Part shown: positions 1-8,623 of the stretch, piece by piece
Numbering within the stretch: position 1 is the stretch's first letter
Layout of the letters: each line of letters begins with the position of its first letter
IMG/VR virus record: IMGVR_UViG_3300014202_000360
Coordinates: 1 to 32,026 of that record
Origin: a virus
Taxonomy: Duplodnaviria > Caudoviricetes
Direction: 5' to 3' (one strand)
DNA length: 32,026 nt
Translations under genes and position numbers: made by a program
Notes under the pieces: model-generated
What the model was told of the DNA's origin: nothing
The model's database searches: none
The model's input: only the letters and a program-made list of their open reading frames with translations

Positions 1-272
1 ATCAGGGATGCGCTCGGGATCGCGCTGCCATCGGCGAAGGTGAACGCCATGGCCTTGGCCACGTCCATCAGGTCTCCCGCGCCATAGGCGGCGGCGGCCG
101 GGGTGAAGGAGGCGGAGGCGGAGACGCCGGCGGGGGCGATGGGCATGAACCCAGCCGCAGAGGCTGCCAGGGGGACCGCCAACCCGCCAGGCGTGCGCCC
201 GCCGACGAGGGTCATGTCGGTGCCGCTGGATGATGCGATCGTGCCGTCGATGGGGTAGTTGGGGCCGGCCAT
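1..272 (-). CDS. Hypothetical phage (probably virion) protein, 3' end truncated by the window edge
   Basis: Not in the ORF track. ATG at 272 is preceded by GAAAGGA and the frame stays open to position 1: MAGPNYPIDGTIASSSGTD...SASFTPAAAAYGAGDLMDVAKAMAFTF. Confidence 0.75.
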   Translation of the reverse strand, partial: MAGPNYPIDGTIASSSGTDMTLVGGRTPGGLAVPLAASAAGFMPIAPAGVSASASFTPAAAAYGAGDLMDVAKAMAFTFADGSAIPSASL

Positions 273-285
273 GATGGGTGTCCTT

Positions 286-342
286 TCAAGCGATGCGATA
301 AAGCAGCCAAGCGAACGCCAGGCCGGCGATGAACTCGATCAT
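286..342 (-). CDS. 18-aa hydrophobic micropeptide MIEFIAGLAFAWLLYRIA
   Basis: ATGA overlap with the stop of the holin-like gene. It fills the gap up to the next gene's RBS and is almost entirely one TM-like helix. Confidence 0.5.
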   Translation of the reverse strand: MIEFIAGLAFAWLLYRIA

Positions 343-692
343 GATTGTGGTCCGTGCACTGTTGGATCGGTGGCCAGGAGCGCACCGAGACGGCCCTCGA
401 TCATGCCTGCGATGTTGGCGCCTGGCGCTCCGACCTTGGCCAGCGTTTCCGGCACTCGCGTTGCCGCATAGGCCGCGCCCATCTGCACCGCGGTATCCAT
501 CGGCACCCCGCGCGCCGCGTTCAGATAGGCCACGCCAGCGCCGGCTTGCAGCGCCTTTTCGAGCGTGTCCCGCAATGCCTGATCCTCGGCCATGTTGAGC
601 CAGCGCGTGACCAGACGGGCGACGATCGCGGCGAAGACAGGAGCGAGCGCGAGGGCGAAGGCTGAGGCGGTTTCGATGATGGTTTGCATCAT
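339..692 (-). CDS. Putative holin-like membrane protein (LL-H-like, one N-terminal TM)
   Basis: Hydrophobic N-terminus (AFALALAPVFAAIVARLV), then an RDTLEKALQAGAG...YAATRVPETLAKVG pattern. ATGA-coupled to the large ejection protein gene. Confidence 0.55.
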   Translation of the reverse strand: MMQTIIETASAFALALAPVFAAIVARLVTRWLNMAEDQALRDTLEKALQAGAGVAYLNAARGVPMDTAVQMGAAYAATRVPETLAKVGAPGANIAGMIEGRLGALLATDPTVHGPQS

Positions 693-3600
693 GGCCCCCT
701 GTCCGGATACTTCGAGCGGTTCGGATTGAGTTGGTTGATCACGTCCCGCGTCGTCCGCCGGTCGCGCATCGCCTTCGTTGCCAGAGGCAGCAGCGCATTC
801 CCGACGCCAGGGGAGAACATGGCCATTGCCCCATGCGCCGCAACCGTTCCCGCCCGCTTGGCCAGATCATAGACGTTCTGCGTCGTGTCGGACCCCGGCG
901 CCTGAGCCAACTGCCGCGCGTATGCGGTGCGCTGTAGGCTCTTGTGCATGGCAACAAGCTGTTCCCACGTCGCCTCATCAATCGACTTCGCCGCGTTCAC
1001 GCCCGAGGCGCCGCGGTCGGATACCAGGTCCTTCATGAGCCGATCAAACCGGCTGAATTGGATCATGCGATCCGCGCCGCTGGTGATCTTGGGCTTGGCC
1101 TCTTGCAGCAACTCCATCACGTCGATGGGCCGGGATGCGGTCTGGTAGTTGTCGAGATACTGCCGAAACCCCGGCGCCGCGCCCTCGATCACCTCGTCAA
1201 GCTGCCCGCGAATGTCGAGCAGGATCGCCTCGGCCCGTTGGTTCAACGGCTTCTCGCGCTGGGCTTCCTTGCTCACCATGTCGCTGATGTGCTTGCGGAC
1301 GCCGTAGAGGATTTCCGGGTCCGTGATCGGGTTGCCTTTGGCGTCGATCAGTTCGTCCGTGATGCTTTGAAGCGCGCTGCGGACCAGCGGACGCCGCCCG
1401 TCCGGCCCGGCCTTGATCGTCGCGGCCATCTCGAACAGCGGTTGCGTGTTCGCCTCGGTCTTCGCGCCCCATGCGGCCTTCAGGTCCGTTTCAGCCTGCG
1501 CCGCCCGCGCTTCCCGCGCGCGCAACACCTGGGTTGCCGATCCTGCGAGGTTGTCGAAATGGTCCTGGTAGATTTCGTTGCGCGCAACATCCAGTTCCGT
1601 GAACGGCTCCGGCTTCTCCATCCGCAGGGTCTTCGCCTCGCGGGAGACGGTCGGCGTCAACTCAAGCTCGGCCTTCGTCGGGAGGATGCCCTTCACATAC
1701 TCGGTGGTGTCGCCGGGTGTCGGGGCTTCGAGCAGCGTCCGCGTCTCGCCTTGGGTGCGCGATGCCTGCGCCTCGGCCTTGCTCATGGCGGTTGCCGCTT
1801 GCGGCGTCGCTGCGGCGCCGACTGATTGCGGTTCCGGCATGAGGATGTTGCGCTGCCCCGCCGGAGCGGCGGGCATCGGCGCGCGCCCTCGGCCGGCTGC
1901 CTCGGCCAGCAGTTGTTGCCGCCCCAGGTTCTCCCCGAACAGGCGCGGCCCCGTTACCTGTTCGCCGGCCGTGCGCGCATAGTCCTCGATCGCCCGACCA
2001 AGAGAGGCCCGGTTGATCCGGCCCTTCAGGTCGGGACCATAGGCGAGGCGAAGGACCGCCTCCGTCGCCTCATCAGCGCCACCGCCGAACGCGTCGCGTT
2101 GCCCGACAGCATCCGCAATCGAGATGCGCCGTTCCCGCGCGCCCTTCACGATATCCAGCGCCTTGACGATAGCGGGCGCCAGGTCAACACCTGGATCGAC
2201 CCGCCCGGCCTTGATCTCATTCGACAGCTTGGCCATAGGGCCGGCCGCGTCCATCAGGGCGCCGCCGAATGCCTTGATATTCTCGTCGCCAGCCTCGGCC
2301 ATGGCCGCGACCAGCCGGCTTTCGCCGTAGGCTTTCTGCGCCAGGGCGTTCCGCATCCGGGCCAGACCGTCAACCGACAAGGTGCCGCCGGCAGTGGCAA
2401 GCGCGCCTTCCTGCCCCGGCTCGGCCACGTTCCGCACGAATGCCCGGATGAAATCAGCGTTCGCCGCCGACCCGGGATCGCCGCCACGGAACAAATTGAG
2501 CGTCGCGTCATCCAGCCGACCGGCGTCGATCTGCGCCCGTTCCGCAGCGCCGAGGGCAAGGCCCTGTTCCGCATTCGCCTCTTGCGCCAGCCGCACCCGA
2601 TCCGGCATGGCCATATCGCCATCACGGCGCCGGACCAGAACGGGACGCTCCATGCCGGCTGTGTCGTATCCCTGATCGGCCAGGAACTTGCGGTATGCGG
2701 CGGCGTTCTGATCCCCGCGCTCATAGGCCCGCAGGATGGCAATGGTGCGCCCGTTGCCGCTTTCCACGATACCATCCGGCCCGATGATCGGCGCGCCTTC
2801 CATGGCCGAGGACGAGCGGCCCAGGCGTTCCGGCTGCAAGCCCTGCGAGATGCGGTTGATCTGGATATCGCTCGCCGCCCGCGTCCGGTCCCGAGGCTGC
2901 AATTCTGGCGGGAACGCCGGGTTTGGCGATCCGTCAGGGAGATGGGAAGTCCGGAGCGTGCTGGCGTCAACGACCTCATACCGCACCGGAACATCACGCC
3001 CTGACGGCAGGTATACCGTGTTCCCGTCCGGCCTGATTGTCATGGTTGGCATCGGCGCGTTCTCAGCCGACGCGGGCGCGCCCCGAGGCTCAGGCGCGGG
3101 CAACGGCAGTTCCGGGGCCGCAGACGACGCCACAGGCGCAGCGACGGACTGCGCCGGCACGGGTGGCGGAGCCAAGCGGTTGCGGCTGTATAGCTCGGCC
3201 AGAGGGGCGCCGTGGGAGGCTGTCTCCGCAATCGCCCGTCCGGTCCCCATGGCGGGGGACGGCGTAACCACCGACATGAGGGTGTTTTGACTGTCCGGCG
3301 TCGGACGGATCGACAGCGGGTTGCCGGCCTCATCCATCTGCACCCGGCCTTGCCCGATATCCATGGCGCCAAGGAGCGGACTGCGGAGGATGTTCGGCAT
3401 GGCCAGCCGCGGCGATCCGACCGGGTTGCCGGCCGTGTCTACGTCACGCGCCAGCGGCAGGATATCGCCATACCGCGTGTTCGGGTTCGGCTCCAACGCC
3501 GCGCGGGCTTCGTCCGTTGTCGGCAGGGTCGGGCCGTTCCACGGCTCAGGCGGCCCGGCCCGCTTCTGGAACCGCTGCGGCATACGGATCGCGTCCGCCT

Positions 3601-3709
3601 CGGCCGGGTCTACGGGGGCGGCGTCGACAGTTCCACCGGCCGCCGCATACTTCGCCCACGGGCCAGACTGATCGGCCGCGCCTGCGTATTTCTCCCAAGG
3701 GCCGGCCAT
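689..3709 (-). CDS. Large DNA ejection / internal virion protein with an embedded DdrB-like ParB domain
   Basis: Last of three ejection-type genes. Start set at the TGATG overlap (MAGPWEKY). Internal YEVVDA...SH...NP.FP.ELQPRDR...L.PERL...GAPI...VESGNGRT motif is typical of DdrB-like ParB domains. Confidence 0.75.
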   Translation of the reverse strand: MAGPWEKYAGAADQSGPWAKYAAAGGTVDAAPVDPAEADAIRMPQRFQKRAGPPEPWNGPTLPTTDEARAALEPNPNTRYGDILPLARDVDTAGNPVGSPRLAMPNILRSPLLGAMDIGQGRVQMDEAGNPLSIRPTPDSQNTLMSVVTPSPAMGTGRAIAETASHGAPLAELYSRNRLAPPPVPAQSVAAPVASSAAPELPLPAPEPRGAPASAENAPMPTMTIRPDGNTVYLPSGRDVPVRYEVVDASTLRTSHLPDGSPNPAFPPELQPRDRTRAASDIQINRISQGLQPERLGRSSSAMEGAPIIGPDGIVESGNGRTIAILRAYERGDQNAAAYRKFLADQGYDTAGMERPVLVRRRDGDMAMPDRVRLAQEANAEQGLALGAAERAQIDAGRLDDATLNLFRGGDPGSAANADFIRAFVRNVAEPGQEGALATAGGTLSVDGLARMRNALAQKAYGESRLVAAMAEAGDENIKAFGGALMDAAGPMAKLSNEIKAGRVDPGVDLAPAIVKALDIVKGARERRISIADAVGQRDAFGGGADEATEAVLRLAYGPDLKGRINRASLGRAIEDYARTAGEQVTGPRLFGENLGRQQLLAEAAGRGRAPMPAAPAGQRNILMPEPQSVGAAATPQAATAMSKAEAQASRTQGETRTLLEAPTPGDTTEYVKGILPTKAELELTPTVSREAKTLRMEKPEPFTELDVARNEIYQDHFDNLAGSATQVLRAREARAAQAETDLKAAWGAKTEANTQPLFEMAATIKAGPDGRRPLVRSALQSITDELIDAKGNPITDPEILYGVRKHISDMVSKEAQREKPLNQRAEAILLDIRGQLDEVIEGAAPGFRQYLDNYQTASRPIDVMELLQEAKPKITSGADRMIQFSRFDRLMKDLVSDRGASGVNAAKSIDEATWEQLVAMHKSLQRTAYARQLAQAPGSDTTQNVYDLAKRAGTVAAHGAMAMFSPGVGNALLPLATKAMRDRRTTRDVINQLNPNRSKYPDRGP

Positions 3710-5340
3710 CAGTTCACGCGCTCCCACGAAGCCGGATCACCAGGGTTGCCGCCCTTGAACCTGTAACCATCCTCGATCGCACCCGGCGCGGGACCGGCCG
3801 AGGCTTGCGGTGCGGGCGCGGGCGACTGCTCGCCATCCAGCGGAATGCCCGTCGCCTCTGTGATAGCCTCCGCATTGTAGCCATCAGCCGCGAGAGACTT
3901 TGACCGGCGCCGCACGGCCTGGCGGACGATATCGGATTGCCGCTTGAGGTTGAGCCGGATCGCTTCGGGAGACATGCCCGTGTTGATGTCCGCTTTCTCA
4001 AATTCGGCCTTCTCGGTCGCGGTCAAAGCCGCGCCGAACAGTTCATTCCGCACGGCATTTTTGAGAGACTGATAGCCCTGCCACCAGTCCGCACGGGGGC
4101 TTTCGCCAGGGGTGTTCCGTGCGACAGCATTGCGGGCGTCTCCGTAAAGCGAAGTCCCGAACCCGCCGTATTCGTCCGTGAACGACCCCGCCAGCCGGTC
4201 CAATTCGCTCAGCCGTTGCCCCGCGTCGATCAGCTTCACGCGCTCGGGAGACGGCAGGACCCGCGTCCCTTTGTTCTCCCCCTTGATTGCGGCTTTGCCC
4301 TTTTCGAGATTGAGCGCCGCCTCTTGCACGCCAGGAACCGGAACCGCGACGCGTTGCCCGCTGGCGTCCTGCGCCCATTGCATTCCCGGCGGGAGGCCCT
4401 GTTGCGCCGGCATCCCGTTGCCCTGCCGCACGAGCGGTTGCGGCCCGCGCTTCCCGTTCTCCACCGCGCTCATGGCGTCGATCAGCCGGCGACGGACGGC
4501 AGGGTCTTCCATCGGGATCGGGTCGTTCGGCCCGATGCCCAGCGCACGGGCGACGGACCCGGCATAGGCCGAGACGTTGTTGCCGTCGCCAGCCGGCGCC
4601 CACTTCTCGATGATCCTCGCGGGCGTGTTCCGCCCCTGCATCCCGTAGCGCATCAGGAGCGCATCGGCCGCCGCGACGCCCTGCTCAGGGCTTTCGAACA
4701 CGGCGAACCGTCCATCCGAACCCTTGAAGCCCGGCATGGACTGCGTGAACTGTCCCGCCTCGATGTTCAGGGGGTTGTTGTTCCGCAGCCCGCGCGGCTG
4801 GCTCATGTCGCCCGCCGGCACGATCCGCTCATCCAGCGCCTTAAGCTGATCCGTGATCGGCGTCAGACCGCGCGCGAAACTCTCCACCGCCGCTCGGCCG
4901 GGATACGCGGGAGGGAACGGGGACGTATCCACGCCCGCGCCCTTCAACCGCTCGACAAGGCTCGGATAGGTCGCCGCGGCCTGATCGTCCGGCAGGGTGA
5001 GCAGCGAGGCCGCGCCCTGGCCGAGCAGCGTCATGCTTTCCAGCGCCCGCTTCCGCTTCCCCGCATCCAAGCTCGCCAGTTGGGTTTGCAGCGTCATCCC
5101 GCGTTCCGGATCAGCCGCGATCGCCGCGTTCAAGGCCGCAGGATCGCCACCAATGGCACCCGGAGCCGCCGCGCGGAACGCCTGATCGTTGGTGTTCTCC
5201 ATCTGCGCCCGGTCGAGCATCAGGCGGTTTTTCTGGATGGTGAGCGCGTCGTTCTGTCCCTTGGAATAGTTGGAGGCATCGAACAGCACGTTGGGCTGGT
5301 TGCCGAAAATGGCCCGGCCGGACAGCATCCCGCTCATCAT
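3709..5340 (-). CDS. Ejection protein with a lysozyme-like peptidoglycan hydrolase domain
   Basis: PRGLRNNNPLNI...GRFAVFESPEQG...IIEKWAP..D.NN...Y...V...MSAVENG domain and a C-terminal GYRFKGGNP..P.SW motif. Start at the ATGA overlap at 5340. Confidence 0.75.
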   Translation of the reverse strand: MMSGMLSGRAIFGNQPNVLFDASNYSKGQNDALTIQKNRLMLDRAQMENTNDQAFRAAAPGAIGGDPAALNAAIAADPERGMTLQTQLASLDAGKRKRALESMTLLGQGAASLLTLPDDQAAATYPSLVERLKGAGVDTSPFPPAYPGRAAVESFARGLTPITDQLKALDERIVPAGDMSQPRGLRNNNPLNIEAGQFTQSMPGFKGSDGRFAVFESPEQGVAAADALLMRYGMQGRNTPARIIEKWAPAGDGNNVSAYAGSVARALGIGPNDPIPMEDPAVRRRLIDAMSAVENGKRGPQPLVRQGNGMPAQQGLPPGMQWAQDASGQRVAVPVPGVQEAALNLEKGKAAIKGENKGTRVLPSPERVKLIDAGQRLSELDRLAGSFTDEYGGFGTSLYGDARNAVARNTPGESPRADWWQGYQSLKNAVRNELFGAALTATEKAEFEKADINTGMSPEAIRLNLKRQSDIVRQAVRRRSKSLAADGYNAEAITEATGIPLDGEQSPAPAPQASAGPAPGAIEDGYRFKGGNPGDPASWERVN

Positions 5341-6470
5341 CCAGCCCTCCCGAGCATATACGCCAGATTGTTGGAGGCGTTGCCGATCCCGTTCGACCAT
5401 GCCTCTCCGGCCCGCATTTGCGCTGCAGCCTGGGTGACGCCGCCCTGCACTTGGAATGCCCCGGCAGACTTGGCGCTATCGTTCCCGATCTGCCCCGTGA
5501 TCGCCCCCGCGTTCGCGCCCATCTTCGCCAGATCGAACAGCGGGCTGATGTTGCGCGTGAAATACTGGTCATTCAGCGCAGTGGATGCCGCAAGATTGGT
5601 CGTGAACAGGTTGTTCTGGCGGTTGTAATTATCCCCGAACTGCGTCGCGGCCCGGTTGTAATTCTGCCCAAACACGTTCGCTTGGTTCATGTAGGTATTG
5701 TCCGCCAGCCCCGTGGCGAACCGCTGCGCCGCCTTGATCGAGGCGCCGGACAGCAGCCCCCCACGCGCCGCCGAACTGGCCTGGATGGCGCGGTTTCCTT
5801 GGTCGAGTGCGAACTGATAGCCCGGCGTCGCGGCAAGCTGTTCCGGCGTCAGGCGGAACTCGGTCGCACCCGTGAAGTCAGTCCCGCCAGCCGGCGCAAA
5901 CACCCCGCCATTGGGGGGCGCGTAGGGCGTGACGGACGATCCAGCGCCCGGCATGGCGCCGGCATTCGCGGGGATCATCTGCGGCGCGGGCTGCTGCTGC
6001 ACCTGCTGCTGCGCGCCCTGCGGAGACAGCCCGGCCGCCGCCATGGCTTCCTGAGCGGTGTTGCCCTCGGCCACAAACTGCCCCGTGGTCGCGTCCACCA
6101 GCATCCCCGGTATCCGTCCGGGGGTGCCACCCTCACCGCCGTCCGACATGGATGGCGCCATGAAGCGATACCCTTCCGGCACGCCGCCGTTGCCACCGTT
6201 GCCGCCGTTGCCATACGTCGGGGCGATCATCTGAGGTTGCGCGACAGGCGCCGGGGCCGTGGGTTGCGGTCCGCCCAGGCCGAACAGGGCATTGAGCCGG
6301 GCCGTGGCTGCCCTGCCGCTATCGGCAAAGGGGGCCAGATCGGCGCGCGTCGTGTCATACATCTGCTTGGTGCCAGCGGCGGCCCGGTCCGACGCGGCGG
6401 CGGCGGTGTTCCCGGCGTCACGCGCGGCGCCCGCCTGGATGAACGATCCTACAAGGCTCGCGATTGCCAT
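5337..6470 (-). CDS. DNA transfer / pilot ejection protein (P22 gp7-like position)
   Basis: Gly/Ala/Gln-rich, with a TPGYQFALDQG...SAARGGLLSGA..KA..RFA.GLA motif; located after the GNAT and nozzle genes. Confidence 0.75.
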   Translation of the reverse strand: MAIASLVGSFIQAGAARDAGNTAAAASDRAAAGTKQMYDTTRADLAPFADSGRAATARLNALFGLGGPQPTAPAPVAQPQMIAPTYGNGGNGGNGGVPEGYRFMAPSMSDGGEGGTPGRIPGMLVDATTGQFVAEGNTAQEAMAAAGLSPQGAQQQVQQQPAPQMIPANAGAMPGAGSSVTPYAPPNGGVFAPAGGTDFTGATEFRLTPEQLAATPGYQFALDQGNRAIQASSAARGGLLSGASIKAAQRFATGLADNTYMNQANVFGQNYNRAATQFGDNYNRQNNLFTTNLAASTALNDQYFTRNISPLFDLAKMGANAGAITGQIGNDSAKSAGAFQVQGGVTQAAAQMRAGEAWSNGIGNASNNLAYMLGRAG

Positions 6471-6473
6471 GCT

Positions 6474-6941
6474 CTAAACTCCCGCCAGATCGAGCAAATA
6501 CTTCCGCTCATACTCAACCGCGCCCATGAGCCGATACAGCGCCCCGGCCTTCGCGCCGCGCCCGTGCATCGTGTGGTGCAGCGTCAACGTGTCGTATCCC
6601 TCAAGCCGGAACACATCCCGGCAATAGGCCAGCATCTTCCGGCCGAGACACAGGCCCGCGGCCTCGGGAACCGCATAGAACGGCCCCATGTCCATCACGC
6701 GAGCGTTCCGGACTTCAAGCCCGGCGCCCTTGGTCCAGATGCAATAGCCGACAAGGGCCCCATCCAGATCGGCCACGAACACCCGCAGGTATCCGGCCGC
6801 ATCAAGGGCGGCCATCAGATCCCGGTTGAGCGCGAACGCCCCCTCTCGCCCCTCGGTCGCCTCGGGATGGTGCCGCGCTCCGAGCGCCTCGCACTCGTCC
6901 GCCACGTCCGCCCATTTGGCTTCACGGATGACAGCCTTCAT
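6474..6941 (-). CDS. GNAT-fold acetyltransferase-like protein
   Basis: VFVADLDGALVGY...FYAVPEAAGLCLGRKML...LYRLMGA resembles GNAT motifs A/B; position between nozzle and ejection genes. Confidence 0.7.
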   Translation of the reverse strand: MKAVIREAKWADVADECEALGARHHPEATEGREGAFALNRDLMAALDAAGYLRVFVADLDGALVGYCIWTKGAGLEVRNARVMDMGPFYAVPEAAGLCLGRKMLAYCRDVFRLEGYDTLTLHHTMHGRGAKAGALYRLMGAVEYERKYLLDLAGV

Positions 6942-7207
6942 GACACGATATTCCCATCCGGAAACCGCCAGTTCGTCCCATCGGACACCGCCAGGCGCTT
7001 GTTGCTCGTCCCATCGGACACATAGATCAGCCCGCGGGCGTGTTCAGCCGCGTCAGGCATCGTCGCCACGGTGTAGGAGGCGAGGCGCAACCCCGGCTGC
7101 ACGCCAGTCACGGCCCGCCAGATGTCCCCGAGGAACTGATAGAACGGCGCGGCAAGACGGTTGCTGGTGACGGGCGGAATGTAGGCCGAGGGGAGGACGA
7201 TCTTCAT
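6938..7207 (-). CDS. Small tail-associated protein (needle/plug position)
   Basis: 89 aa, coupled on both sides; YTVATMP.A.....GLIYVSDG...LAVSDGTNW is a common phage tail motif. Confidence 0.6.
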   Translation of the reverse strand: MKIVLPSAYIPPVTSNRLAAPFYQFLGDIWRAVTGVQPGLRLASYTVATMPDAAEHARGLIYVSDGTSNKRLAVSDGTNWRFPDGNIVS

Positions 7208-8616
7208 TGCCGCATCCCCCGCGCCGTGATGTCCGCGCCGTAGAGCGACAGGACCGATCCCGCGTCAAAGCGAAACCGGATCACCCGTTGCCGGAACTTG
7301 CCCAGCCGGTTCCAGTAGACCCGCTTCGACCGCGACCCGCTTGTGCCCATCGACCGCCCGACCGCTGTTGACCACGTGAACCCGCCGTCGTCGGAATACT
7401 CAAGGTCCACGTCCAGTTCCGACGCATTCGCCCCTGGCTCAAATTCCAGTTCCAGCCGGTCCATGAACGCCCAATCGGTATTGGCCCACAGCGGCGGCAA
7501 GGTGGCCACGGACTTCATGGCCGTTCCGTTCTCGGTCGCTATGGACTGGCTCAGGGCCAGGATATCGCCCGATCCATCGCCATTCGCGACAAGGCACTTT
7601 TCCAGCCACCGCACGGAAGTCTTGTGCGACCATTCATCCGGCACTCCGGCGGAGTAATCGCCCGATGACCGCTTGTGCCAGAGGCCGGTTGTCAGGTCGT
7701 AGACCAGCGTCTTTCCCGGATTGCCGGCGAACGTCATCACGTATTGTTCATGCCCCTGATAGGACATGCCGAACGCGTTCATGGCCACGATGGAGCCGAA
7801 CGCCTCAATCTCCTTTTCGATCGCGTGCGTCGATACCCGGACCGCCTGATAGCCCTCGGCCCGATACACGATGTTGTCGTTGCCGAGCCAGAAGATGGTA
7901 TCCCCGACCTTGGCCACGCTGTCCCCGGAATGCGTCCCGGTCTCGATCAGCCCGCCCGACTGCCGCGCGAAAGGCTGGTCCGGGTCTCCGGTTGAGCGAT
8001 GGACCTCAATCGACCGCGAGCAAAAGAGCCACAACTCGTTCCTGTGCTCGAACACGCGTTTCAGCCCATCCGGCACCGTCTCGGCCGAGGCGATATCCAG
8101 CGCGTCATAGGACGTGGCGTCCAGCACGGCAGACCAGATGTATTGATCGGTGTTCTTCTTGGAAAAGATGAAATATCCGTCGATGTAGCAGACCGATGTC
8201 ACATCGGGAAAATCGGTGTCCGTGATGTGCGTGATCGTGCCCGTTGTGCTGACGATATACGCCTCTGGATTAGCCACGATGACGAGTTGGGTTGACGACG
8301 CGGCCATGCTGAACGGCACGCTGCCACCGCTCGACAGGTCGCCCAGGTCCGTCCCCGCGCCGCCGTTGTTGTGCTGGTAGACGGCATAGGTCGGGCCGCC
8401 AGAGATAGAATACAGCCGGTCCCGCCAGACCTTCATGGCCCAGACAATGCCCGTGCCCGCGGTTCCCCAATCCGCCAGGCCGGGAACATGCCGGACAAGC
8501 ACTTCCGAGCGCCCGACCGGCGGCACCGCCTCGGCATAGAGGTTGATCAGGTCTTGCGCGGACGCGGGGAGGCTGTCCAGCTTGTAGCTGTGCACGGCTA
8601 GGGGTATTCGTGGCAT
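7204..8616 (-). CDS. Packaged-DNA stabilization / tail nozzle protein (P22 gp10-like)
   Basis: 470 aa, beta-rich, with INLYAE, V.YIDGYF, DALDIASAE..PD, LWLF..RSIE and YSDDGG.TWS...WNRLG..RQR motifs. Confidence 0.9.
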   Translation of the reverse strand: MPRIPLAVHSYKLDSLPASAQDLINLYAEAVPPVGRSEVLVRHVPGLADWGTAGTGIVWAMKVWRDRLYSISGGPTYAVYQHNNGGAGTDLGDLSSGGSVPFSMAASSTQLVIVANPEAYIVSTTGTITHITDTDFPDVTSVCYIDGYFIFSKKNTDQYIWSAVLDATSYDALDIASAETVPDGLKRVFEHRNELWLFCSRSIEVHRSTGDPDQPFARQSGGLIETGTHSGDSVAKVGDTIFWLGNDNIVYRAEGYQAVRVSTHAIEKEIEAFGSIVAMNAFGMSYQGHEQYVMTFAGNPGKTLVYDLTTGLWHKRSSGDYSAGVPDEWSHKTSVRWLEKCLVANGDGSGDILALSQSIATENGTAMKSVATLPPLWANTDWAFMDRLELEFEPGANASELDVDLEYSDDGGFTWSTAVGRSMGTSGSRSKRVYWNRLGKFRQRVIRFRFDAGSVLSLYGADITARGMRQ

Positions 8617-8623
8617 GGGCCCC

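Noticed and set aside
5620-6212. Short repeats in the pilot protein (FGxNYNR twice; GNG three times)
   Set aside because: Ordinary low-complexity or coiled-coil repeats of ejection proteins.
944-7025. Long plus-strand ORFs (944..1825, 1826..3004, 3937..5628, 5418..7025)
   Set aside because: Antisense shadows of GC3-rich minus-strand genes, with no motifs. The same applies to 17441..18901 and similar ORFs.
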